Below, piece by piece: positions 9,042 through 18,600 of a DNA stretch of 21,302 nt. Position 1 is the first letter of the stretch; every line of letters starts with the position of its first letter. Made by a program: the position numbers and the translations under genes. The notes beneath the pieces were generated by a model, which worked only from the letters and a program-made list of their open reading frames with translations, searched no databases and was not told the DNA's origin. This stretch comes from Chlamydiae bacterium RIFCSPHIGHO2_12_FULL_49_11 (lineage in GTDB: Bacteria; Chlamydiota; Chlamydiia; Chlamydiales; 2-12-FULL-49-11), in NCBI GenBank assembly GCA_001794905.1, contig MGLW01000005.1, positions 16,127 through 37,428 on the forward strand, written 5' to 3'.

Positions 9042-10394
9042 ATGAACGAAGAAAATCATTCACACGATCGGGGAGATGTTCTCTCACAAAAAAATCTTGA
9101 TACCGAGGAGTTGAAAATCACCTTGCTCGAAAGGCCCCGATGCAGGGTCGAACTCGAAATCACCCCTAATGAAACCCTCTTTGCCGAAGCTTTCAAAAAG
9201 GCGTTGAAAACGGTCGGCAAGGAAGTGTCAATCCCGGGCTTTCGCAAAGGGAAAATACCCGAATCTATCTTGATGAAAAAATTTCTTCCCAATATCGTCG
9301 ACGAAACGAAGGATGCCTTGGCCAACATGGCGTTCAATAAAGCACAAAAAGAGTTGCAGATCCCCATACTCCAAGGCCACGCCCAAATTCACTACCATGC
9401 CGACGGATTCTCCCTCGATGAGAAAAAGGGCCTCTTTTGCTTCCACTTCGAAAAGGAACCCGAAGTTCCCGAAATCGACTACTCTTCCCTCTCCATTGAA
9501 AAGCCTCCCGAAGTCCCCTTTGATGAAGTTCTCCTGGAAGAAAATATTTTATACGTACGGCGCTTCTTCGGCACCTGGAAAGAAATCGAAGATCGCAGTA
9601 TCAACACCGGCGACTTCGTCTTGCTCGATATCGAGGACCTCGACTCAGACCCCCCTGCCAAGGTTTACTCCAACGCCCGCTTTGAAGTGAATGAAAAGAG
9701 TATGGGCGCCTGGATGCGAGATATTATCCTCGGGAAAAGCAAAGGGGAAACGGTGGAAGGAATCAGCCGCCCCGACGAGAATGAAACCGAAGAGATCAAA
9801 AAAACATTTCAACCGAAAAAAGTACGCATCACCATCAATAAAATCGAAAAAGACGAGCTCCCCCCTCTCGACGACGACTTCGTAAAAAAAGTGGGAGCCG
9901 CTACGGTCGAAGAGTTCAAACAGCGCCTTGCCCACCTGGCCGAAAAGAAAATGCAGGACGAAAAGCAAGAACTTCTCCGCCACCGCATCACACAGGAGCT
10001 TCTCAGCAAAGTGCAATTTTCCATCCCTGCTACCCTTCTCGAAAAGGAAGCCAATAACCGCATGGCTTCTCTTTTCAGTGGCAGCGCCTTTCGCAGGAAA
10101 TGGGAAAACGACATGACCGAGGATGAAAAGATGGTAAAAAAAGACGAGGTCACAAAACAATCGGAAGAGGCAATCCGCCTCTTTTTCATCGCCCGTCACA
10201 TTGTGAACGCCCACAAAATTCAGATCACTGAGGAAGAGTTGAAAAAGCCATCTCCCACTGCTCTTCTCGACATGTTTTTTACTGAACGGCGCGGTTTCGA
10301 CTACGACAAGCTTTCGGAAGAACAAAAATCGATCGAGTTTTCCAGGCTGATGCTCACGAAAGCCGAGGATTTCATCCTGTCGAAAATAGGGTAG
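9042..10394 (+). CDS. tig: Trigger factor
   Basis: Ribosome-binding signature IPGFRKGK, GDFVLLDIE FKBP-like region, LPPLDDDFVKKVG; lies between tRNA and clpP. ATG 9042 preferred over TTG 9030. Confidence 0.95.
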   Translation: MNEENHSHDRGDVLSQKNLDTEELKITLLERPRCRVELEITPNETLFAEAFKKALKTVGKEVSIPGFRKGKIPESILMKKFLPNIVDETKDALANMAFNKAQKELQIPILQGHAQIHYHADGFSLDEKKGLFCFHFEKEPEVPEIDYSSLSIEKPPEVPFDEVLLEENILYVRRFFGTWKEIEDRSINTGDFVLLDIEDLDSDPPAKVYSNARFEVNEKSMGAWMRDIILGKSKGETVEGISRPDENETEEIKKTFQPKKVRITINKIEKDELPPLDDDFVKKVGAATVEEFKQRLAHLAEKKMQDEKQELLRHRITQELLSKVQFSIPATLLEKEANNRMASLFSGSAFRRKWENDMTEDEKMVKKDEVTKQSEEAIRLFFIARHIVNAHKIQITEEELKKPSPTALLDMFFTERRGFDYDKLSEEQKSIEFSRLMLTKAEDFILSKIG

Positions 10395-10406
10395 CGAACA
10401 AAAAAA

Positions 10407-10437
10407 CTTGACGGTGTGTCAAGGGAACAAGTATAAG
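10407..10437 (+). promoter_or_regulatory. Candidate internal promoter for clpP-clpX with palindrome over the -35 box
   Basis: TTGACG-N18-TATAAG; CTTGAC-GGTGT-GTCAAG dyad at 10407-10423. Confidence 0.5.
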
Positions 10438-10459
10438 TGTGTAGAAGGGAGTGCAGTGC

Positions 10460-11119
10460 ATGAGCCATGATATTCCGAGATCGAAATCCATTTTGATTCC
10501 ATATGTGGTGGAAGACACGCAGCGCGGCGAAAGGTCGATGGATATTTACTCGCGCCTCCTTGCCGACCGCATCATTTTCATCGGCACCGAAATCAACGAC
10601 CAGGTCTCCAATAACGTTGTCGCCCAGCTTATTTTCCTTCGCGCCTCAGAGCCGAAAAAACCGGTTCATATCTACATCAACTCACCGGGCGGAATCATTT
10701 CCTCCGGCCTTGCGATTTACGATACGATGCAATACCTCGAATGCGAGATCAACACCTATTGCATCGGCATGGCAGCTTCCATGGCATCGGTACTGCTCGC
10801 AGCCGGAACAAAGGGAAAGCGTTATGCTCTACCCCACTCCCGTATCATGCTGCATCAGCCCCACGGCGGTGTCGGCGGTACTTCCAAAGATATCGAATTG
10901 CAAGCGAAAGAAATTCTCTATTTGAAGAGAGCAATTTCGAGCATTTTAGCAAGGCACACGGGACAAGAGATGGAAAAAGTAGTGCGCGACTCGGACCGTG
11001 ACTTTTATCTCTCCGCCGAAGAAGCGGTAGGTTACGGCCTTATCGATCAGGTAATCGTCCCTGCAAAAGATAAACTCGCCCACATCACAGACCAGGTGAA
11101 AGACAAGGTAGTTCGATGA
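10460..11119 (+). CDS. clpP: ATP-dependent Clp protease proteolytic subunit (ClpP2 type, clpX-linked)
   Basis: [27 protein letters not shown] (Ser), IMLHQP (His), DRDFYL (Asp). ATG 10460 follows SD-like AAGGGAG; GTG 10451 is an alternative start. Confidence 0.98.
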   Translation: MSHDIPRSKSILIPYVVEDTQRGERSMDIYSRLLADRIIFIGTEINDQVSNNVVAQLIFLRASEPKKPVHIYINSPGGIISSGLAIYDTMQYLECEINTYCIGMAASMASVLLAAGTKGKRYALPHSRIMLHQPHGGVGGTSKDIELQAKEILYLKRAISSILARHTGQEMEKVVRDSDRDFYLSAEEAVGYGLIDQVIVPAKDKLAHITDQVKDKVVR

Positions 11120-12348
11120 GCGGCGAAAAAGATGTTCCCCGATGTTCTTTTTGCTCCCGCACCGAAGAGTCGGTTGAAAAGCTGATTTCGGGACCATCGG
11201 CGTTCATCTGCGACAAGTGCGTACGGCTCTGTATCGACATTGTGCAGAAAAAGCCGATCCAGCACGAAATCAAAATTCTCAAGCCGAAAGAAATTGTCGA
11301 CAAGCTAGGCGAGTTCATCATCGGACAGATGCAAGCCAAGAAAGTCGTCTCGGTCGCCGTCTACAACCACTATAAGCGCATCCAGTCGGGCGCGCGCGAC
11401 CAGGCGGTCAAGTACAGCAAGTCCAACGTCCTCCTTCTCGGCCCCACAGGATCGGGAAAGACTCTCATTGCGCGCACCCTCGCCGACATCCTCGATGTTC
11501 CGTTTGCGATCGCTGATGCGACGACGCTCACCGAAGCGGGCTATGTAGGGGAAGACGTCGAAAACATCATCCTCCGCCTCGTACAAAACGCCGACTACGA
11601 CGTGGCCCGTGCCGAACAAGGAATTGTCTATATCGACGAAATCGATAAAATCGGCCGCACCACTTCCAACGTTTCGATCACTCGCGACGTATCGGGTGAA
11701 GGGGTGCAGCAGGCCCTCCTCAAAATCATCGAGGGGACGATCGCCAACGTACCGCCGAAAGGGGGCCGCAAGCATCCGAACCAGGAATACATCCGCGTCA
11801 ACACCGAAAACATCCTTTTTATTGCAGGGGGTGCCTTTGTCAACCTGCCGCATCTCATTGCCAAGAGACTCGGCCGCGGCGCCATCGGCTTCCACGAAGA
11901 GGCTGCCAAACAGTACCAGGACCTCCATGAAGTGAATTACCTCCTCTCTCAGGTAGAAACGGAAGACCTTGTAAAGTTCGGCATGATCCCCGAGTTTGTC
12001 GGCCGGTTTAATAGCATTGCCAACTGTAACGAGCTATCGGTGCAAGATTTGATGGACATTTTAAGCACACCCCGCAACGCCATCGTCAAGCAATACCAGA
12101 GCTTATTCTTAGAAGACGGCGTGGAGCTTGCCTTCACCGACGATGCCCTCGAAGCGATCGCTGTCAAAGCCAAGGAAGCAGGCACGGGCGCGCGGGCGCT
12201 CCGCATGATCGTCGAAAGCATTTTACTAGATTTGATGTTTGAAGCCCCCTCCGACTCCACCATTCAAGAAGTGCTCGTTACCAAAGAAGCTGTGGAAGGG
12301 AAGGCTATGCCCGAAATCATCCGCGGTAGATCATCCCACTCCGCTTAG
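11116..12348 (+). CDS. clpX: Clp protease ATPase subunit ClpX
   Basis: C4 zinc finger [43 protein letters not shown] loop, GARALR; ATGA overlap with clpP. Confidence 0.99.
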   Translation: MSGEKDVPRCSFCSRTEESVEKLISGPSAFICDKCVRLCIDIVQKKPIQHEIKILKPKEIVDKLGEFIIGQMQAKKVVSVAVYNHYKRIQSGARDQAVKYSKSNVLLLGPTGSGKTLIARTLADILDVPFAIADATTLTEAGYVGEDVENIILRLVQNADYDVARAEQGIVYIDEIDKIGRTTSNVSITRDVSGEGVQQALLKIIEGTIANVPPKGGRKHPNQEYIRVNTENILFIAGGAFVNLPHLIAKRLGRGAIGFHEEAAKQYQDLHEVNYLLSQVETEDLVKFGMIPEFVGRFNSIANCNELSVQDLMDILSTPRNAIVKQYQSLFLEDGVELAFTDDALEAIAVKAKEAGTGARALRMIVESILLDLMFEAPSDSTIQEVLVTKEAVEGKAMPEIIRGRSSHSA

Positions 12349-12357
12349 GACGTGTCA

Positions 12358-13563
12358 TCAAAAGAGATACCATGGGACAGCCGGAATCGGCTCGCCTTTT
12401 TGAACGATATCTTCTCCGCAATAGACGATAAGACCTTTATCAGCAGGATTATTAGGGAGATTCATCCATTGTTCAATAGACTTTCGATAATCAAAATGGA
12501 ACGATTGCGACAATTTGATTTCAACGGGAAATCCGCAAATGCCGTTGTAAATTAAAAGATCAATCTCATTTTGAGCACTATCGCGATAAAAATAGAGAGG
12601 AGGAGAAACGCCCAGATTACAAAAACGTTTATAACATTCGGAAATAATAAACGTTTCGAAAATCCAACCGAGAAGAGGATGTGTTTTCAAATGATCCACC
12701 GTCTGAATTGAAAGCAAGTGGCATAAAATACCGGTATCTATGAAATACAGTTTAGGTGTTTTCGTCACACGCTTTGAAAAATTATTGAAAAAGGGCGACA
12801 AAATAAAAATAATTCCGCTCGTTTCCAGAATAGAAATCCATTCTTTGACCGTGGAAACGGCAATACCTAAAGCATTCGAAAGATCGTTATAATCGACGAG
12901 TTGTCCCGATCGCGAGGCGCATAAGAGAAGAAAATGTTCAAACACGCGTAAATTACGTACATTCAACAAGATTCTGATATCCCTTTCTACGTACGTCAAA
13001 ATATAATTTTCATACCATTTTTGACCTTCGATATTTTTATCATATATGCGCGGATAACTCCCCTTGAGAAGGAACTGAAATAGCTCTTCTTGAGATACGG
13101 GAATACGATCGGGATGCATCACCCGAAAAATCTCATCACCGGATTTTTCTTGTTCATATCTGCATATCTCTGAAAAGCTAAAAGGAAAAAGCTTAAATGT
13201 AACGATACGCCCCGCGAGCGATTGTGTGATATTCTCTATGAGAAGAAATTGTGAGGATCCCGTCAATATGTATTGTGCCGGCGTTTGGTCCTCATCCACC
13301 AATTGCTGCAGAGCCGAAAAAATCTCAGGCACATTTTGGACCTCGTCTAAAATTAAGAATGAACCGTACGTCTGCAAAAACCCGCGAGGATCCTCCGAGG
13401 CTACTTTACGGGTAGTGATGTTTTCCAAAGATACGTATTTGTAGGACGGAAATAAACTTTTTACTAAGGTCGTTTTCCCACTTTGTCTTGGGCCCACCAA
13501 TGCCAAGATCGGATATTCCTTTGCATATTTTAAAATATATTTTGTCAAATGCCTTGGGTACAT
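12358..13563 (-). CDS. AAA_14 ATPase with DUF4143 and C-terminal PD-(D/E)XK-like region
   Basis: GPRQSGKTT, LILDEVQ, LTGSSQ, SLAGR, KTPKLYFIDTG, EIDL...PVEIK; 401 aa; visibly more AT-rich than clpX and convergent with it. Confidence 0.93.
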   Translation of the reverse strand: MYPRHLTKYILKYAKEYPILALVGPRQSGKTTLVKSLFPSYKYVSLENITTRKVASEDPRGFLQTYGSFLILDEVQNVPEIFSALQQLVDEDQTPAQYILTGSSQFLLIENITQSLAGRIVTFKLFPFSFSEICRYEQEKSGDEIFRVMHPDRIPVSQEELFQFLLKGSYPRIYDKNIEGQKWYENYILTYVERDIRILLNVRNLRVFEHFLLLCASRSGQLVDYNDLSNALGIAVSTVKEWISILETSGIIFILSPFFNNFSKRVTKTPKLYFIDTGILCHLLSIQTVDHLKTHPLLGWIFETFIISECYKRFCNLGVSPPLYFYRDSAQNEIDLLIYNGICGFPVEIKLSQSFHFDYRKSIEQWMNLPNNPADKGLIVYCGEDIVQKGEPIPAVPWYLF

Positions 13564-13569
13564 GATGCA

Positions 13570-13598
13570 ATATTACGATTGAATCGCAAATTTGTCAA
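13570..13598 (-). promoter_or_regulatory. Promoter for the DUF4143 ATPase gene (probably leaderless mRNA)
   Basis: Minus strand TTGACA-N17-TAATAT, with the -10 box ending 6 nt before the ATG at 13563. Confidence 0.65.
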
Positions 13599-13773
13599 AT
13601 CGATTATAAGTTACTTTGTTTGATTATGTTGCACAATTCCCTATTTTAGAACATGTCGTCATCGGAATTATTTCCGACACAGGCTGCGGCAGCCTGGCTC
13701 GGTTGTTGTTGTTGTGCAATAGGAGCTACTGGGGCAGCCGAACCGCCCTGTTGTGGTTGTACCGGAGTGGCTG

Positions 13774-15474
13774 CTACGGGCTGGGGGCGCCTTGTGGTTG
13801 CTGTACCGAAGGAGTTGATGGAGCGGGATTCTTTCTAACATGTTTCTGTTTACTTTCATGAAGCCCTCTCATTCCCATTCCGAAACGGATAGCGGACTTC
13901 TTGACTTGCGATTGTATTTCGTCCAAGATCTCTTCTTTCATTGCCGGGGGGAGCGAGTCATCCACGCTGAGGAACATTCCCATATACCGTCTCATCTTCT
14001 GTTCTATAGAACCTACAATCATTTGTAGTGGGGGAGGATCTTTTTCGTCCATGAGCCCATTTGCAATATTTTTCATGACGTTGCCGAGGAAACCCATGGA
14101 GACTCCCTGAGTGTCGATATTCATCTTACTGAGAGCACTTTCCATCTCCAATCTCTCACAGGGGTGCAATGCAGCAATGGCATCCGCATAGCGCCTGATT
14201 TCCGGACCATGTACGCGAATGTCCGACTGGGTTGCGTCCCAACCCGATAAAAAGTGCGTCATATGAAAAGTGGCAAAATTCATCATGGCTCCCTTGGTCG
14301 GTACTAGCTGGGCAGGAAGGAAAAAGGCGCCTAAAGTATCGCATAGCGCTGCACTCATTCCATAGGTTGGTCTCTGCGGTAATTGTGATCCTGTTTTGTA
14401 ATAATTGATGGAGAAGTGGGCAAAATAGAGGGCCGTTGTCAAATCATCTTCCGTATCTAACATTTGGAGTCTCTTCTCCAAAAAGGCGATCTGCTTGGAA
14501 AGCGTATCTTTTTCTTGTTCTAGTGCTTCGAGGTTGGAGTTGGCCTGCGGTTGCTTCGTTGCCAATTCATCTCGCAATGCGTTAAGTTTTCCTAGGATGA
14601 CGTTTTGAATGCCGGTCTTGATTGCAAAGTGCTGTTTTACAAGTAAGTAATTTTTTCTGGGAACTCTTGAGTTGGGTCTCTTCAAAAATTGTAAAATGCT
14701 TTTCCTTCTCAACTCTCCCGGATTGCCTTTGCACGTATCCCACACCTTCCCGGGTATTCCGGCCTCAAGCTTTCCTTTCATCATCTCCCGCGTCGTCTCC
14801 GGAAGGCAGGCCTCAAACACGGTTTTTTCGCATTGATTGATCGGCCCGAGGAGATCAGAACAGTATTGGTACGAACGACTTACGTTAGTACCAGATACAC
14901 TCAGAACTTCATCCGATTTGGCAACCAATTCCTTCTTGACGTTCTCATCCGGAAAAGAAGTGATATCTTTCGTTACCGTACCAAGCATCCTCAGGTCTTC
15001 GTAAAAGTAGACCGTGAGAGACTTCCGGGCATGGTTAAACTCGACTCCGAAATTTTTTCCGAGCTCAGGAGGTGGCAAGTCCACTACTATACGCATCTCG
15101 GCTTTCCTTATATCCACGACTGTGGGTATGACTCTATCTATAAGGATATTGAGCATTTCTTCTTGCAAGCGCGCCTGCTTCTCCCTATCATCTTTATTTT
15201 TCACCTCGTACGCTACCAATAAAGAACCGACTTTAACGGCCGAAGTCACGCGAGCGCTTACCCTCTGCACATGGACTTCCGTATCCGGCAGACGCTCTGC
15301 ATGTAAGGTTAAAGGGTCTTCGTTATGCGGCGACGATCCGGCAGCTCTGTTCATAGCTTGTTGAGCCACTCTTGATACTTCTGTAGATGACGCTTGCGCA
15401 AGTACATGTGGCTCAGTAGGTAACCCGGTCGGGTTAATTTCTTGTATCCTTAATGAGAGATTAGATTGCTCCAT
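13774..15474 (-). CDS. Hypothetical 566-aa protein, candidate secreted effector (probably 609 aa ending at 13646 if a 1-nt frameshift is corrected)
   Basis: Long ORF with its own promoter; S/P/Q-rich disordered N-terminus, central coiled coil (LEALEQEKDTLSKQIAFLEKRL), P/Q-rich tail that continues in another frame. Confidence 0.85.
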   Translation of the reverse strand: MEQSNLSLRIQEINPTGLPTEPHVLAQASSTEVSRVAQQAMNRAAGSSPHNEDPLTLHAERLPDTEVHVQRVSARVTSAVKVGSLLVAYEVKNKDDREKQARLQEEMLNILIDRVIPTVVDIRKAEMRIVVDLPPPELGKNFGVEFNHARKSLTVYFYEDLRMLGTVTKDITSFPDENVKKELVAKSDEVLSVSGTNVSRSYQYCSDLLGPINQCEKTVFEACLPETTREMMKGKLEAGIPGKVWDTCKGNPGELRRKSILQFLKRPNSRVPRKNYLLVKQHFAIKTGIQNVILGKLNALRDELATKQPQANSNLEALEQEKDTLSKQIAFLEKRLQMLDTEDDLTTALYFAHFSINYYKTGSQLPQRPTYGMSAALCDTLGAFFLPAQLVPTKGAMMNFATFHMTHFLSGWDATQSDIRVHGPEIRRYADAIAALHPCERLEMESALSKMNIDTQGVSMGFLGNVMKNIANGLMDEKDPPPLQMIVGSIEQKMRRYMGMFLSVDDSLPPAMKEEILDEIQSQVKKSAIRFGMGMRGLHESKQKHVRKNPAPSTPSVQQPQGAPSP

Positions 15475-15499
15475 GAAAACCCGCTTTTAAACTTCCTTA

Positions 15500-15528
15500 A
15501 TTATAACATTTTCTTTAAGTTTTAGCAA
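15500..15528 (-). promoter_or_regulatory. Promoter for the 566-aa ORF
   Basis: Minus strand TTGCTA-N17-TATAAT ending 25 nt before the ATG. Confidence 0.6.
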
Positions 15529-15606
15529 TAATTAAAATCATGAAAAGATTCTTAAAATATAATTCATTTGTGATTAGCTAGTTATGTAATATTTATGAAA
15601 TAATTC

Positions 15607-15635
15607 TTCCAAATTAATTAAAATTAGTTTATAAT
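15607..15635 (+). promoter_or_regulatory. Candidate promoter for the 15674-21302 operon
   Basis: TTCCAA-N17-TATAAT in a very AT-rich intergenic region, so a chance match is possible. Confidence 0.45.
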
Positions 15636-15673
15636 TAATCTTAGAGGAAATCCAACCCAAAGGTAGAACCAAT

Positions 15674-18600
15674 ATGTCAGTAATCCTGGACCCTAATAAT
15701 GTCCAAAGTTATCGGGATGCCATTACTGCTCTTGTCAGCGGCCCTTCTCCCAACTCTATGCTGGGGCTGGCCAACCAATTGCTCGATCAGACGCAACTGC
15801 CTCTCCTTACATCGATTGTGGGTGATTTTCTCCCCGAACTCGAAAATTCCGGCATATTCACTCCAAATGTCTCTTGGATCCAACAAGTTCAAAATGTGAA
15901 CAATATCGGATTCTTGGGAGGTGAAGCCCTTATTAACGCCATGATTTCCGCTGTCCGTTTCGGCGCCTTGCAGATCTTCGATATTACCTATCCACCTCTT
16001 TCCCTTACCGGGGACGGAAGTTATTCCAATTCAGACCCGAACTACCCCACCTTTGGATCAAGACCCGCCCAATCAAAGGTCCTTCCGGGATATGCTGCCG
16101 GTTTAACCGTCCCGACCGGTTGGAATGCAGGCAACGTTCCGGATGATTTTGAACCAGGCAATGACAATAGGGCAACTGATTGGCAAAAAATGAGCTACCT
16201 CGATGCGCTGAATAACGCTTATATCGATACATTTAAAAATGTCGTTTCCACTGCATATGCAACAAATAACATGAGTCTCATCACTGCATTTTTAAATACG
16301 CCTCATAGCGATATTTCTGTCCGGGATGCTTCAGGGGCATCATTTCTCTATACATTTAAAGGTTCACCCGCCTTGCTGGCACAATTTGACGGATGGAAGA
16401 GCTACCAGTCCAAAATCGGCCTTGCCTCTATGGCACTCGGAATTATGCAGCCTGCAGCCATTGGCTCTTTTGGTGTGACTTATGATACCTTGGGAATGTT
16501 TGGCGGAGCTGCGGCAGTATGGCGCCGGGCCGTATATACGTATCTCTATGGAGACGCAAATACGGTCGGTGCTATATATGATTCGAATATTAGCGCAGCT
16601 ACATTGTACGCCAATGTCTTATCCGCATTTACTACAAACCAGACAAGCGGAGAAGCTCTTGCATGGCAAAAAGCAGCCCAGGCACAACAGCTCTATTCCA
16701 TATTTTACCAGGTGAGAAACGATTTTGGGAGACGTATCAAAACAAATACCGAACTATTCGGTGAGCTATTGCAGTTTTTCAATTTAATGAACGATCCCAC
16801 TTTCCTTGATCTCACCACTTTCGGACAAGCGGGAGGTTTTCAGCACAAAGGCTTTTTCGGAATTCACTCGGAAGATAACGGTCCCATGACAGGGGAAAAC
16901 CTTCCCACTGCCACCGGTAGCAATAACGCACAGGCAAGGGGTCCGGGCTGGTGGACCAGCTCTCCTTATGATTCTGCGTTTAATTTGATCAATGAATTGA
17001 TGCGAAATCTTGGATCTACGGATTCGGCCGTGATGGGAGCCACCCTTCCTCCGAACTTGAATAACTTGATTCTTGGAGAATATTTTGATAACAGCGGTAA
17101 TTTGGCTCAAGGAACTCTTCCGTTCGAGACCCAAAAATCGCTCATTTTGGACTGGATTCGGAATAATTATATCAACCAATGGGTAAATGACGAGACTATT
17201 ACGAGAGCGCAACTACTCACAAATATCACAAATTCTACCAGCATGGGCGCGATATGGAGTTACTTTGATAGCGCCACCGTGACCGATATCCAGAACCGGC
17301 TTATTCAGTCCCGTTCCTCCCTAATTCTCGCAGTTGCCGATCAAATCAGGAATGTAAAAAATCTTTCAACGCTAACCACGCAGACTATCGTTATCACAAT
17401 AAACTCTGTGCCGGGACAAGGATACAACAAACTTGTGATTCCAAAAGGAATGAATCTTGCCAATATTCTATTCGAACTGGGTCAAGCGGTCTACAATCCC
17501 GACTATTTTGCAACTACAAATACTTCGAACCATATTTACTTCATCAATGCGAACTCGAGCCTCACAAGTTCGCAGCTCTCAGATCCCACCGTGGCGATTA
17601 CAGCTGATCAACTCAGTAGCAATCGTACCCTTCTGCTTTATGGACAAGTGGCAAACCTAGGAAACGCCATCAAACAGGTCTTGCTTCAAATGACACCCGC
17701 CGGTGCCGATGTCGGTTATGACGTCATTTTCGCTAAATCGGTCCAGCAGCAACAGATATTTTTCTATCTGGAATCGATTCGACAAAACATGGCCGGCATG
17801 CCCTCGTATCTCGGGATGAGCTCTGCTCCTAACACAAACACCACCGGCCGATATTCGTTTTCGGACTTTTTGGGATTGATCTCGGTTCTTTCCAGTCCAT
17901 TATTTTACGATGCCAGTATCATCAGCTCGGGAGGTTCTACCCGATATTTCCAGGGATATCTTGTGGGCGGTACTTTCAACTCTCAGAATACCGAGAGCGG
18001 AAGCATTACTTCTAACAATTATCCTAATATTCCACGATGGTCCGGTGAGGTCCCTTTCAATTGGTGGTACAATAATGAATCTTTTAACAGATTAACCGCA
18101 GCCCGCACTGACCAGACACAAGGAGCCACGACAGCGTTCGGATATTGGGCCGAACAGCTGTTTTTAAATTATTATCAAGGTTTAAATACCACTCTACGAC
18201 AACCTAGCACTGCAGCAAATCAAGAGCTCCGAAATCAGATTTTATCGGCCAAGAACGGATTTGATTATGAAATCCACAATACCCAAATAAATCAGTCCCT
18301 CAGCAATGACCCGATGACCATCATCACCAAAATCTTGTTCAACAGTACGTCGGTATCGAACTTGAAACTCGGGATGCAGGCGGCCATGACGAATAAAGTC
18401 AACGCCCTCAGCGCAAACACCGTACCGCAACTTTCCGACATCGTCCTGGAGCGGGGAGAAGTCCTCGCAGTAGCCCAGCTTGTTCAAAGCGGTATCGGCG
18501 AGCCTTCGGGAACATATGCCACTATCGACGCTTACATCGCTGCAATTAGGCTCAGTTTGAGCAGTGATGCCAATAGAACGGCTTTTGATACCGCGATCAG

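Noticed and set aside
13616-13861. Short Cys-rich plus-strand ORFs
   Set aside because: The Cys runs are the reverse complement of CAA (Gln) codons in the minus-strand P/Q-rich tail.
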